From a virus: a stretch of 64,000 bases of DNA. The notes beneath the pieces are model-generated. The model searched no databases. It was not told the DNA's origin and saw only the letters and a list, made by a program, of their open reading frames with translations. How positions within the stretch are numbered: the stretch's first letter is position 1; each line of letters opens with the position of its first letter. The stretch lies in IMG/VR virus record IMGVR_UViG_3300050821_018287, positions 1 to 64,000 of that record. The stretch is one strand, 5' to 3'. A program made the translations under genes and the position numbers. Positions 28,898-37,339 of this stretch are shown piece after piece.

Positions 28898-29415
28898 CGG
28901 ATCACCCCCAACCCGGACATCGCGCGGTCCAACGCCCGGCGGATCTCCTCGTGAATGAAGCGGGTGATCTCCTTCCGCGCGCCGGTGAGGACGCGCCGCG
29001 CGCGCAAGCCACGCTTCCCGATTGCCTTCGAGACGGGGAACGCCGCACCCTCCGCCTCCGACTTCGAGAGCCCCGCGCGCCTCTGCAACCAATGAGCGAT
29101 CGGGGCGAGCGGAGGCGGGCGCGCCCCGCGGCGCCGGCCGAACTCGATGACACCCGAGTAGGGCATGAGGTTGAAGACGAGAGCGCCGGTGGGGGTGGGC
29201 TCCGACTTCCAGCCGCGAGCGTAGTCGCCGGTGTTGAAGGCGCCCACCTGTCCCTTCGGGCTGGCCGGCTTCGCTGTGCGGGCGCGGGTGTGGAGAAGCG
29301 GAAGCGCGCGCAGAGCGCCGGAGACGATGCCCTTTCGGGCCTCGTGTTTGAAGCTCTGGCCGAGCGCCTTGTAGTGCTTCTCCAGGCCCTTCAGGGAGAT
29401 CTTGACCGTAATCAT
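28894..29415 (-). CDS. neck / tail-completion protein (HK97 gp10-like)
   Basis: NTGDYARGW...VFN..PYSGVIEFGRR...PPLAPI..W...IGKRG. Confidence 0.8.
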   Translation of the reverse strand: MITVKISLKGLEKHYKALGQSFKHEARKGIVSGALRALPLLHTRARTAKPASPKGQVGAFNTGDYARGWKSEPTPTGALVFNLMPYSGVIEFGRRRGARPPPLAPIAHWLQRRAGLSKSEAEGAAFPVSKAIGKRGLRARRVLTGARKEITRFIHEEIRRALDRAMSGLGVIR

Positions 29416-29969
29416 CAGAAGCCCGGCTGCCCATCCCGCGCGCGATCCTCGTGCGCCTTCTCCAGCGTCACCTGCCACTGAAACTTGCCGGCGAAGAACT
29501 GCGGCGCGGCGCGAAGCTGAAAGCGGCGCTTCTGCCCCGAGAGGCCGTCCGAGCGAAGGAATTCCACCTCCCAGAAAATCTCCTGGTCGTTCGGAATGGG
29601 CGTGCCGTCGTCGTCGATCCCGCGGAGCTGCTCCTCCGTGAGCTGCCCGGAGATCTGCGTGACGAGAATGGAGCCCACTTCGTCGAGGCCCACCGGCTGG
29701 ACGATCTCCTGGACCCCGGCGAGATCCGTCATCTTCGGCGTCGGCAGGAGGAGAAACTCCGAGCCCGGGATGAGGTTGGGCATCCCGAGCCCGCGAGAGC
29801 CTCCGGACCACTGCACCCGAACGATCTTCACCGTGTACGGACGCATCCCGAATACGCTCAGCAAATCCCTCAGCTTGTCGGCGACAGGGAGCAACGTCCG
29901 CTGGAGCGTCTTCGCGAGCTGGAGCCCGGTGACCACCGTGAAGGGCCCGCCCTGTTGAGGAAGGGACAT
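29415..29969 (-). CDS. head closure / head-tail connector
   Basis: Synteny; beta-rich. Confidence 0.6.
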   Translation of the reverse strand: MSLPQQGGPFTVVTGLQLAKTLQRTLLPVADKLRDLLSVFGMRPYTVKIVRVQWSGGSRGLGMPNLIPGSEFLLLPTPKMTDLAGVQEIVQPVGLDEVGSILVTQISGQLTEEQLRGIDDDGTPIPNDQEIFWEVEFLRSDGLSGQKRRFQLRAAPQFFAGKFQWQVTLEKAHEDRARDGQPGF

Positions 29970-30383
29970 TTACCCGTTCCTCGTGGGAATGGAGCCGGCG
30001 CGGCCCGGCCCGCCGACGGTGCGGTAGCGCATCGAATAGGCGTAGACGGGGACCCCGAGGATGTCCGCGAGGCGATACCCCCACCGGCGGTATTCGTCCT
30101 CCAGCCGCTCCAGCTCGTCCGAGCGCAGGGTCAGGTCGTCGAGCTTGTCCGCGGCGAGCCGATCCTGCCCGGCGATCAGCTTCGTCTCGATCCCGTCCAT
30201 GATGTTGATGTAGCGGCGCACGCGATCCTCCGCGTACGGCACCAGCAACGTCACCGCCGACTCGAAGAGGAAGGCGGTTTGAATGGGCCGGGGGATGCCG
30301 AACTGGATTGACGCCGCCGGCTGCACCTCTGGGTAGCCGAGGTGGTACCGGCAGCGCTCAATCTCGGGCTGTGAAAGGGCCAT
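29970..30383 (-). CDS. head-tail adaptor
   Basis: Synteny; RCRYHLGY helical protein. Confidence 0.6.
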   Translation of the reverse strand: MALSQPEIERCRYHLGYPEVQPAASIQFGIPRPIQTAFLFESAVTLLVPYAEDRVRRYINIMDGIETKLIAGQDRLAADKLDDLTLRSDELERLEDEYRRWGYRLADILGVPVYAYSMRYRTVGGPGRAGSIPTRNG

Positions 30384-30408
30384 TCCTACCGCTCACGTCG
30401 AGGAGCGG

Positions 30409-30699
30409 TTACCCCTCGATCGGCTCCATCTCCACCTTCGCCAGCTTCAGGTACTCGACGTCGTGTGAGTGGCTCGTCACCACCTGGCCGGCGGCGAAGA
30501 AGTGGATCGCGCCGTTGTAGTTGATGTGGCGGCCGACCTTCACCCGGTACTTCTTCGGGCCCTCTTCCTTCTGCGGAGCGGCTTCCTCGGCAGGCTTGGA
30601 CTCCGGCACGGCGACCGCGGACACCTCCACCTTCGCGTCGCCTTCCGCCGGGGCCGCCACTTCCGACTCGCCACCATCGATCTTCACGCGCTTGCCCAT
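30409..30699 (-). CDS. small capsid-associated hypothetical protein
   Basis: GAGGAG RBS; ATG at 30699. Confidence 0.7.
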   Translation of the reverse strand: MGKRVKIDGGESEVAAPAEGDAKVEVSAVAVPESKPAEEAAPQKEEGPKKYRVKVGRHINYNGAIHFFAAGQVVTSHSHDVEYLKLAKVEMEPIEG

Positions 30700-30721
30700 G
30701 TGAGCTTCTCCTCGGTCAAGG

Positions 30722-31217
30722 AAAGTGGAGGTGGAACGCTGAGGTGAACTCTCGGGAATCCGGTCTGACCCGACCGTGGGGGGATGTCCGCGAGTACGAT
30801 CCTCTTGTTCCGACCTCCGATGTGAAGCGGTTCCGTGGCAAAAGCCAGGGTTTGCTTCACGTGGGGACGTGTCGAAACCTGGGCAGCAAGCCCGAGGGCG
30901 CAGTGATTCGGTACGCAGATGACAGGCAGTGACCGACCGCCAGGCGTCGAGCGTACAGGCACAATGCTGGTGACGCGTCCGTGGACCACCTCGTTGGAGT
31001 AGCTCTCGATTGGGGAGAGCATCGTGGTGGTGGAGCCGTGGAGCGACACTCCATGTGCGCTTGGGGCCCCGTTGTAGGTTGGCACGAGGCCAACACATTC
31101 GACGACGGCGGGGGCGCCCGCGGGTGCTTCCACTCTGGCGCCGCTCTCCGTCAAAAGGATCTCCTTCTGTACTGCGAGGGGGGTGGCGCGAATCGCAGAA
31201 ACCGCGCCACCTCCCCT
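30722..31217 (+). ncRNA. candidate large structured ncRNA of unassigned family
   Basis: At least nine stems within ~500 nt of intergenic DNA; long-range closing stem 30724-32/31126-34; non-Watson-Crick positions are mostly G-U when read on the + strand. Confidence 0.55.
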
Positions 31218-31231
31218 GGCCCTGGCAAGGC

Positions 31232-32617
31232 TTAGCCGTGCTCGATGGCGACGAAGCGCTTGTAGCGCGCGGCGTCGCCGGTGGTGGCGTCCGTCCGGAT
31301 CGGCCAGTCACCCATGAACTTCCAGCTCGCGGACACCAAGTCCTGGAGCCGGTTCAGCGGCGAGCGGAGGAGGAGCTGGATGCGCTCGGTGTTCACCTCG
31401 ATGCCGTTGTTGCTGATGCGCGGCTCGCCCACCTTCCCGGTGACACCGGCCTCGGTCAAGAGCAGCGCGAGGTCGATGTAGTACTCCATGATGCCGCCCT
31501 GGCCGGTGAACAGCGCCCGGTGGACCGGCACGGAGCTGGCGTTGAGCAGCTCTCCCGGGAACGGATCCGTGAGGATGTAGTTGCCGGACTTGTCGCCCAC
31601 GGTCTCCTTCAGCGGCGACTCCGTGTTGCGGAAGAAGGCGACACCGAGGATGTAGCCGATGCCGAACTGCTTGTACATGAAGTAGTCCGGCAAGGACGTG
31701 TGGAGGCGCTGCCACTCGGGATCCGCGAAGATCTCCGACTCGGACGTCGGGTCCAGGTGGCAGTGGAAAGCGCCGTCGGTGTGCTCCGGGACGTTCTCCT
31801 GGCGCATGCGGGAGACCGCGGAGCGGACCGCCTGCATCGTGAGCAGCGAGCCCGCGTTGATCGAGTCGATCGAGTTGCCTCCGCCGACGCGCACTAGCAC
31901 CGAGGCGTCGTTGGAGATGACCGGATCGCGGGAGGAGAACGTCTGCGCCACGTCGAGCGTCAGCGTTCCCGGCCCCACCTCATCCCCGGGGTTGGTCGAG
32001 GAGAAGCCGATCACGTTCACCGAGAGCGGCACGCCCGCGTGGATGATGTTGATGGGGAGGGGGTTGTTGCCGGTGACGACGCTGAACTGCACCGGGCTTC
32101 CCAGCGCCAGATCCGGCCGGCGGGAGCGGGTGAAGCCGTTCAGCCGGACCACCGGCAGCGACGTGGTGGCCGCGCCGGAGGCCGAAGCCACCGTGTTGCC
32201 CGACAGCGCCGCGTTGAACATCCTGTTGCGGACGATCCGGTTCAACGTCTGTCCCGCGGCGAGCCCGAGCTGCTGAGCGTTGCGCAGGAAGAGGTTGGCG
32301 ATGGCGACGATGCTCGTCGGCATGTGGGTGTCGATCGTCTGCGCGTACTGCTGGACGATCGCGTTCCACTGCTCCTCGGTGTACGTCTGAGGAATCGGGT
32401 CCTGGCCGGGGACGATGGGCTGTCCGTTCGGCGGGATGAGCCCGGTGCCGGTGAAGAACATCGAATCACCGACGTTCCCCGGGAAGATGACGGGGGCTGC
32501 CTCGCCTCGGTACAACAAGCGGGGGAAGAGAGCATCATGGAACGCACGCTCCAGGATTCCATCCTGCACCAGGGCGCGGATGTTGGGATCCTGGAGAATG
32601 ACGGTAAAGTCGGCCAT
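31232..32617 (-). CDS. major capsid protein
   Basis: 461 aa after the scaffold; HK97-fold hallmarks (QLGLAAGQTLN, IGYILGVAF, DLVSASWK). Confidence 0.88.
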   Translation of the reverse strand: MADFTVILQDPNIRALVQDGILERAFHDALFPRLLYRGEAAPVIFPGNVGDSMFFTGTGLIPPNGQPIVPGQDPIPQTYTEEQWNAIVQQYAQTIDTHMPTSIVAIANLFLRNAQQLGLAAGQTLNRIVRNRMFNAALSGNTVASASGAATTSLPVVRLNGFTRSRRPDLALGSPVQFSVVTGNNPLPINIIHAGVPLSVNVIGFSSTNPGDEVGPGTLTLDVAQTFSSRDPVISNDASVLVRVGGGNSIDSINAGSLLTMQAVRSAVSRMRQENVPEHTDGAFHCHLDPTSESEIFADPEWQRLHTSLPDYFMYKQFGIGYILGVAFFRNTESPLKETVGDKSGNYILTDPFPGELLNASSVPVHRALFTGQGGIMEYYIDLALLLTEAGVTGKVGEPRISNNGIEVNTERIQLLLRSPLNRLQDLVSASWKFMGDWPIRTDATTGDAARYKRFVAIEHG

Positions 32618-32627
32618 CGGTTTGACT

Positions 32628-32713
32628 CCTCGTACGGTGGAAAAACGTGGTGCTACTACCTCACATCCCAGGCCGTGAGGTCAACTGCTCCGCCGTGATT
32701 TCCACCGTCGAGG
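32628..32713 (-). promoter_or_regulatory. stem-loop in the capsid 5' UTR overlapping the RBS
   Basis: ACGGTGGAAA(32634-43)/TTTCCACCGT(32699-708), extended by CCTCG/CGAGG; inner CCTCAC/GTGAGG. Confidence 0.55.
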
Positions 32714-32723
32714 GCCCTGCGAC

Positions 32724-33611
32724 CTAGGTCGGAACGGTCATCCCGCGCCTGCGGATTTCCGCTGCGAACTCAGGTCCCGACAGCTTCTTCACGTCAAGGC
32801 CGTTGCCCTTCCCGCCTCCGGCAATTTCCCCGGGCTTCGGAGGAGTCTGCTCTCCCCCCTTCGTCCCGGTTGTGGCGGGCTTCGTCACCTTTGGCGCTTC
32901 ACCGAACAGGTACGGGCGATCCGTCTTGAGCTGTTCGAGCCACTTCGACTCGTCGAACCCCTTCAGATCCTCCTCCGACTTCCCCTTCAACTCCGTGCGC
33001 AGGAGGAAGACGGCCACCGGAACATCCTTGACACCGGCCTTGTAGCAGGCGTCGCGGATGGCCATTTCGGTCTCCGTACCTTCCTTCTCCCGCTCGGCCC
33101 GCTTCCGGGCTTCGGCCTCTTGTCGGGCCTTTCGAGCGAGTCCCTGACGCTCCTTGTCCCACTCCGCGCGGTCCCGCTGGTAGCGGGCCCAGGCCCGCCG
33201 GTCGTTCCGGCCTCCTGGGGGTGGCTTCGGCTCGCCGTTGGAGGTGGTGGTCTCCCGGGTCTCCCGGGTCTCCCGCCGCTCTCCGCCCTTCGGGGACGGA
33301 GCGGACAGCTTGGCCAGGACATCATCGAAGGACTGGAAGCCGGCCTTCTTGATCTTCTCCTGGAACTCCGCGAGCGCTTCCTTGCGTCCGCGGTCCTTGC
33401 TGTCGTCCAACCGCTTCTTCAGCGCCTTCGATGGGATGACGACGTTTTTCCCGTCGCCCACCACCGTATCGCCACCGGCTCCGGCAGCCTTCGCCGCCGC
33501 TGCCTTGTCTGCCGCTTCCTTCGCCGCCGCTTCGGCCGCTGCTGCTGCCGCTGCATCGGGTGGGGGAGGTGTACCTGCTCCTGGTCCTGCTCCGTCTTTC
33601 GCGTCCGGCAT
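32724..33611 (-). CDS. capsid scaffolding protein
   Basis: Charged coiled coil; C-terminal RPYLF motif; precedes the major capsid gene. Confidence 0.85.
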   Translation of the reverse strand: MPDAKDGAGPGAGTPPPPDAAAAAAAEAAAKEAADKAAAAKAAGAGGDTVVGDGKNVVIPSKALKKRLDDSKDRGRKEALAEFQEKIKKAGFQSFDDVLAKLSAPSPKGGERRETRETRETTTSNGEPKPPPGGRNDRRAWARYQRDRAEWDKERQGLARKARQEAEARKRAEREKEGTETEMAIRDACYKAGVKDVPVAVFLLRTELKGKSEEDLKGFDESKWLEQLKTDRPYLFGEAPKVTKPATTGTKGGEQTPPKPGEIAGGGKGNGLDVKKLSGPEFAAEIRRRGMTVPT

Positions 33612-33792
33612 CGCTTCCTCGTGGAAGCCCTCTGGGTTTACTCCGTCCGGTCATTCCGGCTGTTTACCGCCGCCGTCCGCGTGGACGACAGAGACAACTT
33701 GCCGGGCTGGCGAATGGCGATAGTCCCAGACGCTTTTGGCTATTCGCCGGAGGGCGCTCTGTCCCCCCGGGTACGTTGAACTGCCGCTCCTT
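33612..33792 (-). promoter_or_regulatory. structured leader upstream of the scaffold gene
   Basis: Several inverted repeats, including CTTCC/GGAAG over the RBS, GACAGAG/CTCTGTC and 33707-18/33739-50. Confidence 0.45.
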
Positions 33793-34278
33793 CTAGAACT
33801 CGGCCTGAACCGAGGTCATGTTGACCGCGGGACGGGGGATGTACTCGATGACGAAGCCGGTGACGGCCGCCTCGAAGGTGAGGGTGGTGCCGTCGTCTGA
33901 CAACACCGCCACGCCCGGGCCACCCGCGTCGCCCGCCAGCGGGGTTCCGCCGGAGTCCACCACGATGCGCGAGCCCGCGAAGGCGGCGCCCGCGGTGACG
34001 CGGAGGGAGGTGACCGAGAGGATTGCCGGGAGGAAGGTGGCCGGGGGCTCGACGTTGGTGTTGACGCCGGGGGTGGCAAAGGCGGCGGCGGCGATGGCCG
34101 CGGCGTTGTTCCCGAACACCTGCTGCGCCGCCGCCGAGGTCAGGCCCGAGAAGGTCTGCTTCTGGGGGGTGAGGTGCGTCCCGAGCTTCACCTGCCGCAG
34201 GAGGTCCGGCACGAGGTTCGGATCGGCGTTGTCGAGGAGGTTCTGCGGGGTCTCGGTGATGGTGCGGGTGGAAGCCAT
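33793..34278 (-). CDS. head-associated (decoration-like) protein
   Basis: Ala/Thr-rich beta protein next to the scaffold; AAGGAG RBS. Confidence 0.6.
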   Translation of the reverse strand: MASTRTITETPQNLLDNADPNLVPDLLRQVKLGTHLTPQKQTFSGLTSAAAQQVFGNNAAAIAAAAFATPGVNTNVEPPATFLPAILSVTSLRVTAGAAFAGSRIVVDSGGTPLAGDAGGPGVAVLSDDGTTLTFEAAVTGFVIEYIPRPAVNMTSVQAEF

Positions 34279-34307
34279 TGCGTCGTTGCTCCTTGTGAAG
34301 GCGGGAC

Positions 34308-34706
34308 CTACGCGGTCTGCCCGAGGAATACATCAACTGTGGTCACTTGACCAGCGAGTCGAGTGAGGCTCAGCGCCGTGTAGGGCACCGTGTGGGAAAT
34401 GAGGGCCAGGAATCCGTCCACAGGAATCACCTGAGAAGTGCCGTCCGCGCTCGTCAGCACCGCGTCGATCTTTAGGGAGGGCGACTTGATGATGATGATG
34501 TTGGCACCGCCGGGGGTCACCGTCCCCACCGCGCCGAAGGGAACCGCCTGCGGGCTGTCCGCGTTGAGCTGGAGCCCGGAGACGAGCTGTTTGGCGAGGA
34601 GTTGGTACTCCTCGTCGATCGGCGCGACGAGATCCGCGATCGTGGAAGGCGCGCCGACGTTGGGCGTCGTCGTGTAGCTTCCGGTGAGCGCGAAGTTGTC
34701 GGCCAT
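34308..34706 (-). CDS. structural protein
   Basis: Beta-rich; head module context. Confidence 0.6.
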   Translation of the reverse strand: MADNFALTGSYTTTPNVGAPSTIADLVAPIDEEYQLLAKQLVSGLQLNADSPQAVPFGAVGTVTPGGANIIIIKSPSLKIDAVLTSADGTSQVIPVDGFLALISHTVPYTALSLTRLAGQVTTVDVFLGQTA

Positions 34707-34763
34707 GAAAGGAGTGGTCGGGCCGTCTCGAAAGAGCTACCGGCCCGACCGGGGCGTGATGGT

Positions 34764-34961
34764 TTACCGCCCGCTGGGCGTCATCGGCCCGACGGTGAAG
34801 GGGGAGGGATCCGTGCCCTTCGGCATCTGGCTCTCCTGGAGGAGATCCTTCTGCGGCACCTTCGCCACGACATCCTCGTACTTCCCGTGCTTCTTGTCGT
34901 AGGTCTCCGCCGCGTTGGGCGTCTCGCCTTGCAGGAGATCTTGGTTGGGGGTGTCGCTCAT
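34764..34961 (-). CDS. small peptide (YDxKHGKY family)
   Basis: GGAGAAGGAAG RBS; paralogous to 34987..35151. Confidence 0.7.
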   Translation of the reverse strand: MSDTPNQDLLQGETPNAAETYDKKHGKYEDVVAKVPQKDLLQESQMPKGTDPSPFTVGPMTPSGR

Positions 34962-34986
34962 CTTCCTTCTCCGGGGTGGATGCGGG

Positions 34987-35151
34987 CTACTTCCCGCCCT
35001 TCATGCTCAACGGCTGGTGGGTCTCGGCGCTCTGCTTGACGGCCTTCGCCTTCGCGGTCATCACCTTCGAGCCGTCGTACTTCCCGTGCTTCGAGTCGTA
35101 CGCCTCGTGAGCCTTCGGGAGATCTCCGCTGACCAGATCCTCATTGCACAT
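34987..35151 (-). CDS. 54-aa peptide (YDxKHGKY family), absent from the ORF track
   Basis: MCNEDLVSGDLPKAHEAYDSKHGKYDGSKVMTAKAKAVKQSAETHQPLSMKGGK; GGGAGAG RBS. Confidence 0.7.
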   Translation of the reverse strand: MCNEDLVSGDLPKAHEAYDSKHGKYDGSKVMTAKAKAVKQSAETHQPLSMKGGK

Positions 35152-35163
35152 GGTTCGCTCTCC

Positions 35164-35442
35164 CTACTTCACGGTGAACGGGGTGTCCAGGCCCCCGGTG
35201 GTGGGCTTCACGACGTTGCCCTTGGCAGCCAGCGCCTCGGACTCGTCGTAGTGTTGGGCGGTGACGCCGGGGAGATCCGTCCCCGCGACCGGCGAGCCGA
35301 TCTGCGGGTCGATCGTCATCTGCGGTCCGGCGTTGAACATCTTGGAATCGGTGCCCTTCTCCAGGGCGCGCATCCGCGGAGAGCGCGGCGTGCTCACCGA
35401 GCCCGCGATGCCCTTGCCTGCAAACGGCCTCTCGCTCGCCAT
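35164..35442 (-). CDS. small disordered protein
   Basis: AAGGAG RBS; ends DTPFTVK. Confidence 0.7.
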   Translation of the reverse strand: MASERPFAGKGIAGSVSTPRSPRMRALEKGTDSKMFNAGPQMTIDPQIGSPVAGTDLPGVTAQHYDESEALAAKGNVVKPTTGGLDTPFTVK

Positions 35443-35453
35443 CGTCGTCTCCT

Positions 35454-35837
35454 TTACTTCTTCACCGGCCGGGAGCCCAGAACGAAGGGCGCTGCCGGCG
35501 ACTCGACTGAGTGCCGAGAGGGGAAATCGCGTTGGTAGTCCGCGCCCGCGAAGCCCAGGTCACCCTTCGCCCGGCGCTCGGTGTGCTCCCGGGGGACACC
35601 CTCGAAACCCAGCGCGTCGTTCGCGAAGGCGTGCTTGGCGCCGTCCCGAGTCTCCCAGTTCAACGGGCGCTCCGCCGGCCACTGCTGCTCCTGGAACGGC
35701 TCGTACCCGTACTCGTTCACCATCTTCGGCTCCTTGAAGACGGAGATGGGGCGCTCCTGCGGCGCGCGCTGCTCGTCCGGCACCATCACATGGAGCTTCT
35801 CGGGTGCTGGGGCCTTGGGGAGAGCCATGCGCGCCAT
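35454..35837 (-). CDS. small disordered protein (true start may be 35828)
   Basis: Good codon usage; ends PAAPFVLGSRPVKK. Confidence 0.65.
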   Translation of the reverse strand: MARMALPKAPAPEKLHVMVPDEQRAPQERPISVFKEPKMVNEYGYEPFQEQQWPAERPLNWETRDGAKHAFANDALGFEGVPREHTERRAKGDLGFAGADYQRDFPSRHSVESPAAPFVLGSRPVKK

Positions 35838-35865
35838 CGTACACGCCGCGCCGCGGCGTACGCAA
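35836..35865 (-). promoter_or_regulatory. possible sigma70-type promoter giving a leaderless mRNA
   Basis: TTGCGT-18 nt-TACGAT, with an ATG 7 nt downstream. Confidence 0.4.
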
Positions 35866-35868
35866 GAG

Positions 35869-36303
35869 CTACTCCTCTGCCGCGCTGCGCTGGCGCTTCG
35901 CTGCCGCGGCGGCGCGCTGGGGCGTGGCGATCTTCCCGTCCACTATGGCTTGGTAAATGGAGGTAATCAGCGCGTCACGCCGATCGTCCCCCTCTTTGAT
36001 GTTGCTGAGCGCCAACTCGTGCTCCTTCTCGTGGACAGCGATCTCCTCCTGGACGTCCTTGTGGAGCTGAGCGACGGCCTTGTTCGAGGAGGTGACGGTC
36101 CACCCGGCGATCCCCACGCCGATCATCAGCGCCACTCCGAGCGTCCCACCGAGGATGGTGAGGAGGCGCCCGTAGCTGACGAAGTGCTGGTCCAGCTTTT
36201 CGAGCCGCTTCAGGACATCGCGCACCGCAACGCGGACACGGGGATCCGTGTTCTGCTCCACGAGGTCCCGAGTGGGGTGCTCCTCGGAAGAGTCGATCGC
36301 CAT
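35869..36303 (-). CDS. single-pass membrane coiled-coil protein
   Basis: TM segment LLTILGGTLGVALMIGVGIAGW; GGAGG RBS. Confidence 0.7.
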   Translation of the reverse strand: MAIDSSEEHPTRDLVEQNTDPRVRVAVRDVLKRLEKLDQHFVSYGRLLTILGGTLGVALMIGVGIAGWTVTSSNKAVAQLHKDVQEEIAVHEKEHELALSNIKEGDDRRDALITSIYQAIVDGKIATPQRAAAAAKRQRSAAEE

Positions 36304-36327
36304 GCCCCTACCTCCGGATGCGCGTGC

Positions 36328-36858
36328 TCAGTCGTCGTCGCCTTCATCTCCGCCGTCGCCGCCGCCCTCACCACCGTCACCACCCTTACCGCCGCCTTTG
36401 AACTTTCCGCCGAGCTGCTTGTAGGCGTAAGCCACCACCGCCACCGGATCATCCAGCTCGTCCCACTTCGGCTCGACGGCATTCTTGGCCTTGTGCCACT
36501 TGCCCTCGTCCTGCACGAAGTCGGGGGGCTCGTCGCCGTCCCCGTCGTAGTCCTGGAGGTGGTGCTCGATCTCCTTGTCCGCGGCGTTCTCCGCGTCCTC
36601 GGTGGCCTGGTCGAGATCTACGTGATGCTCGCCTCCATCGTCACCACCATCGTCTCCCCCGTGGGGCTTGCCTTTGCCCTTTCCTCCATCACCGTCTCCC
36701 TTGCCCCCGCCGTGCTTACCCCCGTGGCCGCCCTCACCCTCATCCCCGTCATCTCCCCCGTCGCCATCGTCACCACCGTCGTGGTCCTCGTCGCGCTCAT
36801 CCTCGTCGTCCTTGTCGTGGTCGGCGAAAGCCTTCAGCTTCTTCGGATGGATGGCCAT
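36328..36858 (-). CDS. Asp/Gly low-complexity protein with a small helical domain
   Basis: DEGKWHKAKNAV...VVAYAYKQLGG domain flanked by D/G tracts. Confidence 0.75.
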   Translation of the reverse strand: MAIHPKKLKAFADHDKDDEDERDEDHDGGDDGDGGDDGDEGEGGHGGKHGGGKGDGDGGKGKGKPHGGDDGGDDGGEHHVDLDQATEDAENAADKEIEHHLQDYDGDGDEPPDFVQDEGKWHKAKNAVEPKWDELDDPVAVVAYAYKQLGGKFKGGGKGGDGGEGGGDGGDEGDDD

Positions 36859-36881
36859 TTCGGGGGAGTCCTTTCGCGGGC

Positions 36882-36910
36882 AACGTACAGGCGCGCGGAA
36901 TCTGCGTCAA
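36882..36910 (-). promoter_or_regulatory. sigma70-type promoter
   Basis: TTGACG-17 nt-TACGTT upstream of 36858. Confidence 0.6.
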
Positions 36911-37326
36911 TCTTCCAGCTCGTAGCGGCGATTCGCCTTCGACCAGATCTCCACGGCCGCGCGACAAGACGGATCCTTCAGCACCTTCGCCGCGTCCAGC
37001 TCGACGCTCGGGTTGTACGCCTTGAAGTCGTCGCCGTGCCCGATGCGGATGTGGCACTCCAGCGGACCCATGCAAAGCGTGATGAGGTTCCTCGGGTCCA
37101 GCTCCAGCGCCGGGTCCAGATGGAACGGCTTCATGTGGTGGACGTTCAGCCGCGCGGATCCGCCGCACGCCGCGCACGTGGGGTGCAACGCGCGAAAGGC
37201 GTGCTCGACGCCCGGCCACTTCGAGGAACGCGGGGGCTCCCCCGTCAGCTTCTGGGCGAGCTTCGAGCCGCGCTTTGCTTGCTCACGAAGGGTGGAATGC
37301 GCAACGCGGAGGAGGTGGGAAAGCAT
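36907..37326 (-). CDS. HNH endonuclease
   Basis: CAACG..LNVHH...LDPRNLITLC...CHIRIGH. Confidence 0.88.
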   Translation of the reverse strand: MLSHLLRVAHSTLREQAKRGSKLAQKLTGEPPRSSKWPGVEHAFRALHPTCAACGGSARLNVHHMKPFHLDPALELDPRNLITLCMGPLECHIRIGHGDDFKAYNPSVELDAAKVLKDPSCRAAVEIWSKANRRYELED

Positions 37327-37339
37327 CGTCCGAATCCTA

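Noticed and set aside
30717-31134. Identification of the structured element as RNase P RNA, tmRNA or a group I/II intron
   Set aside because: Only fragments match (AGGAAAGT, AAACC..GCAAG, GGTTTCGAC, GAGCCGT). No RNase P P4 partner, no proper tmRNA termini, no P7 or canonical domain V, and no interrupted gene
30684-31154. 156-aa - strand ORF with an upstream GAAGGAG and a TTG start
   Set aside because: Atypical codon usage, no motifs, and it coincides with dense base-pairing. Not fully excluded, because the RBS-like sequence is present
33250-33277. Short tandem repeat (TCTCCCGGG)
   Set aside because: Simple coding repeat (RET-RET) in the scaffold linker
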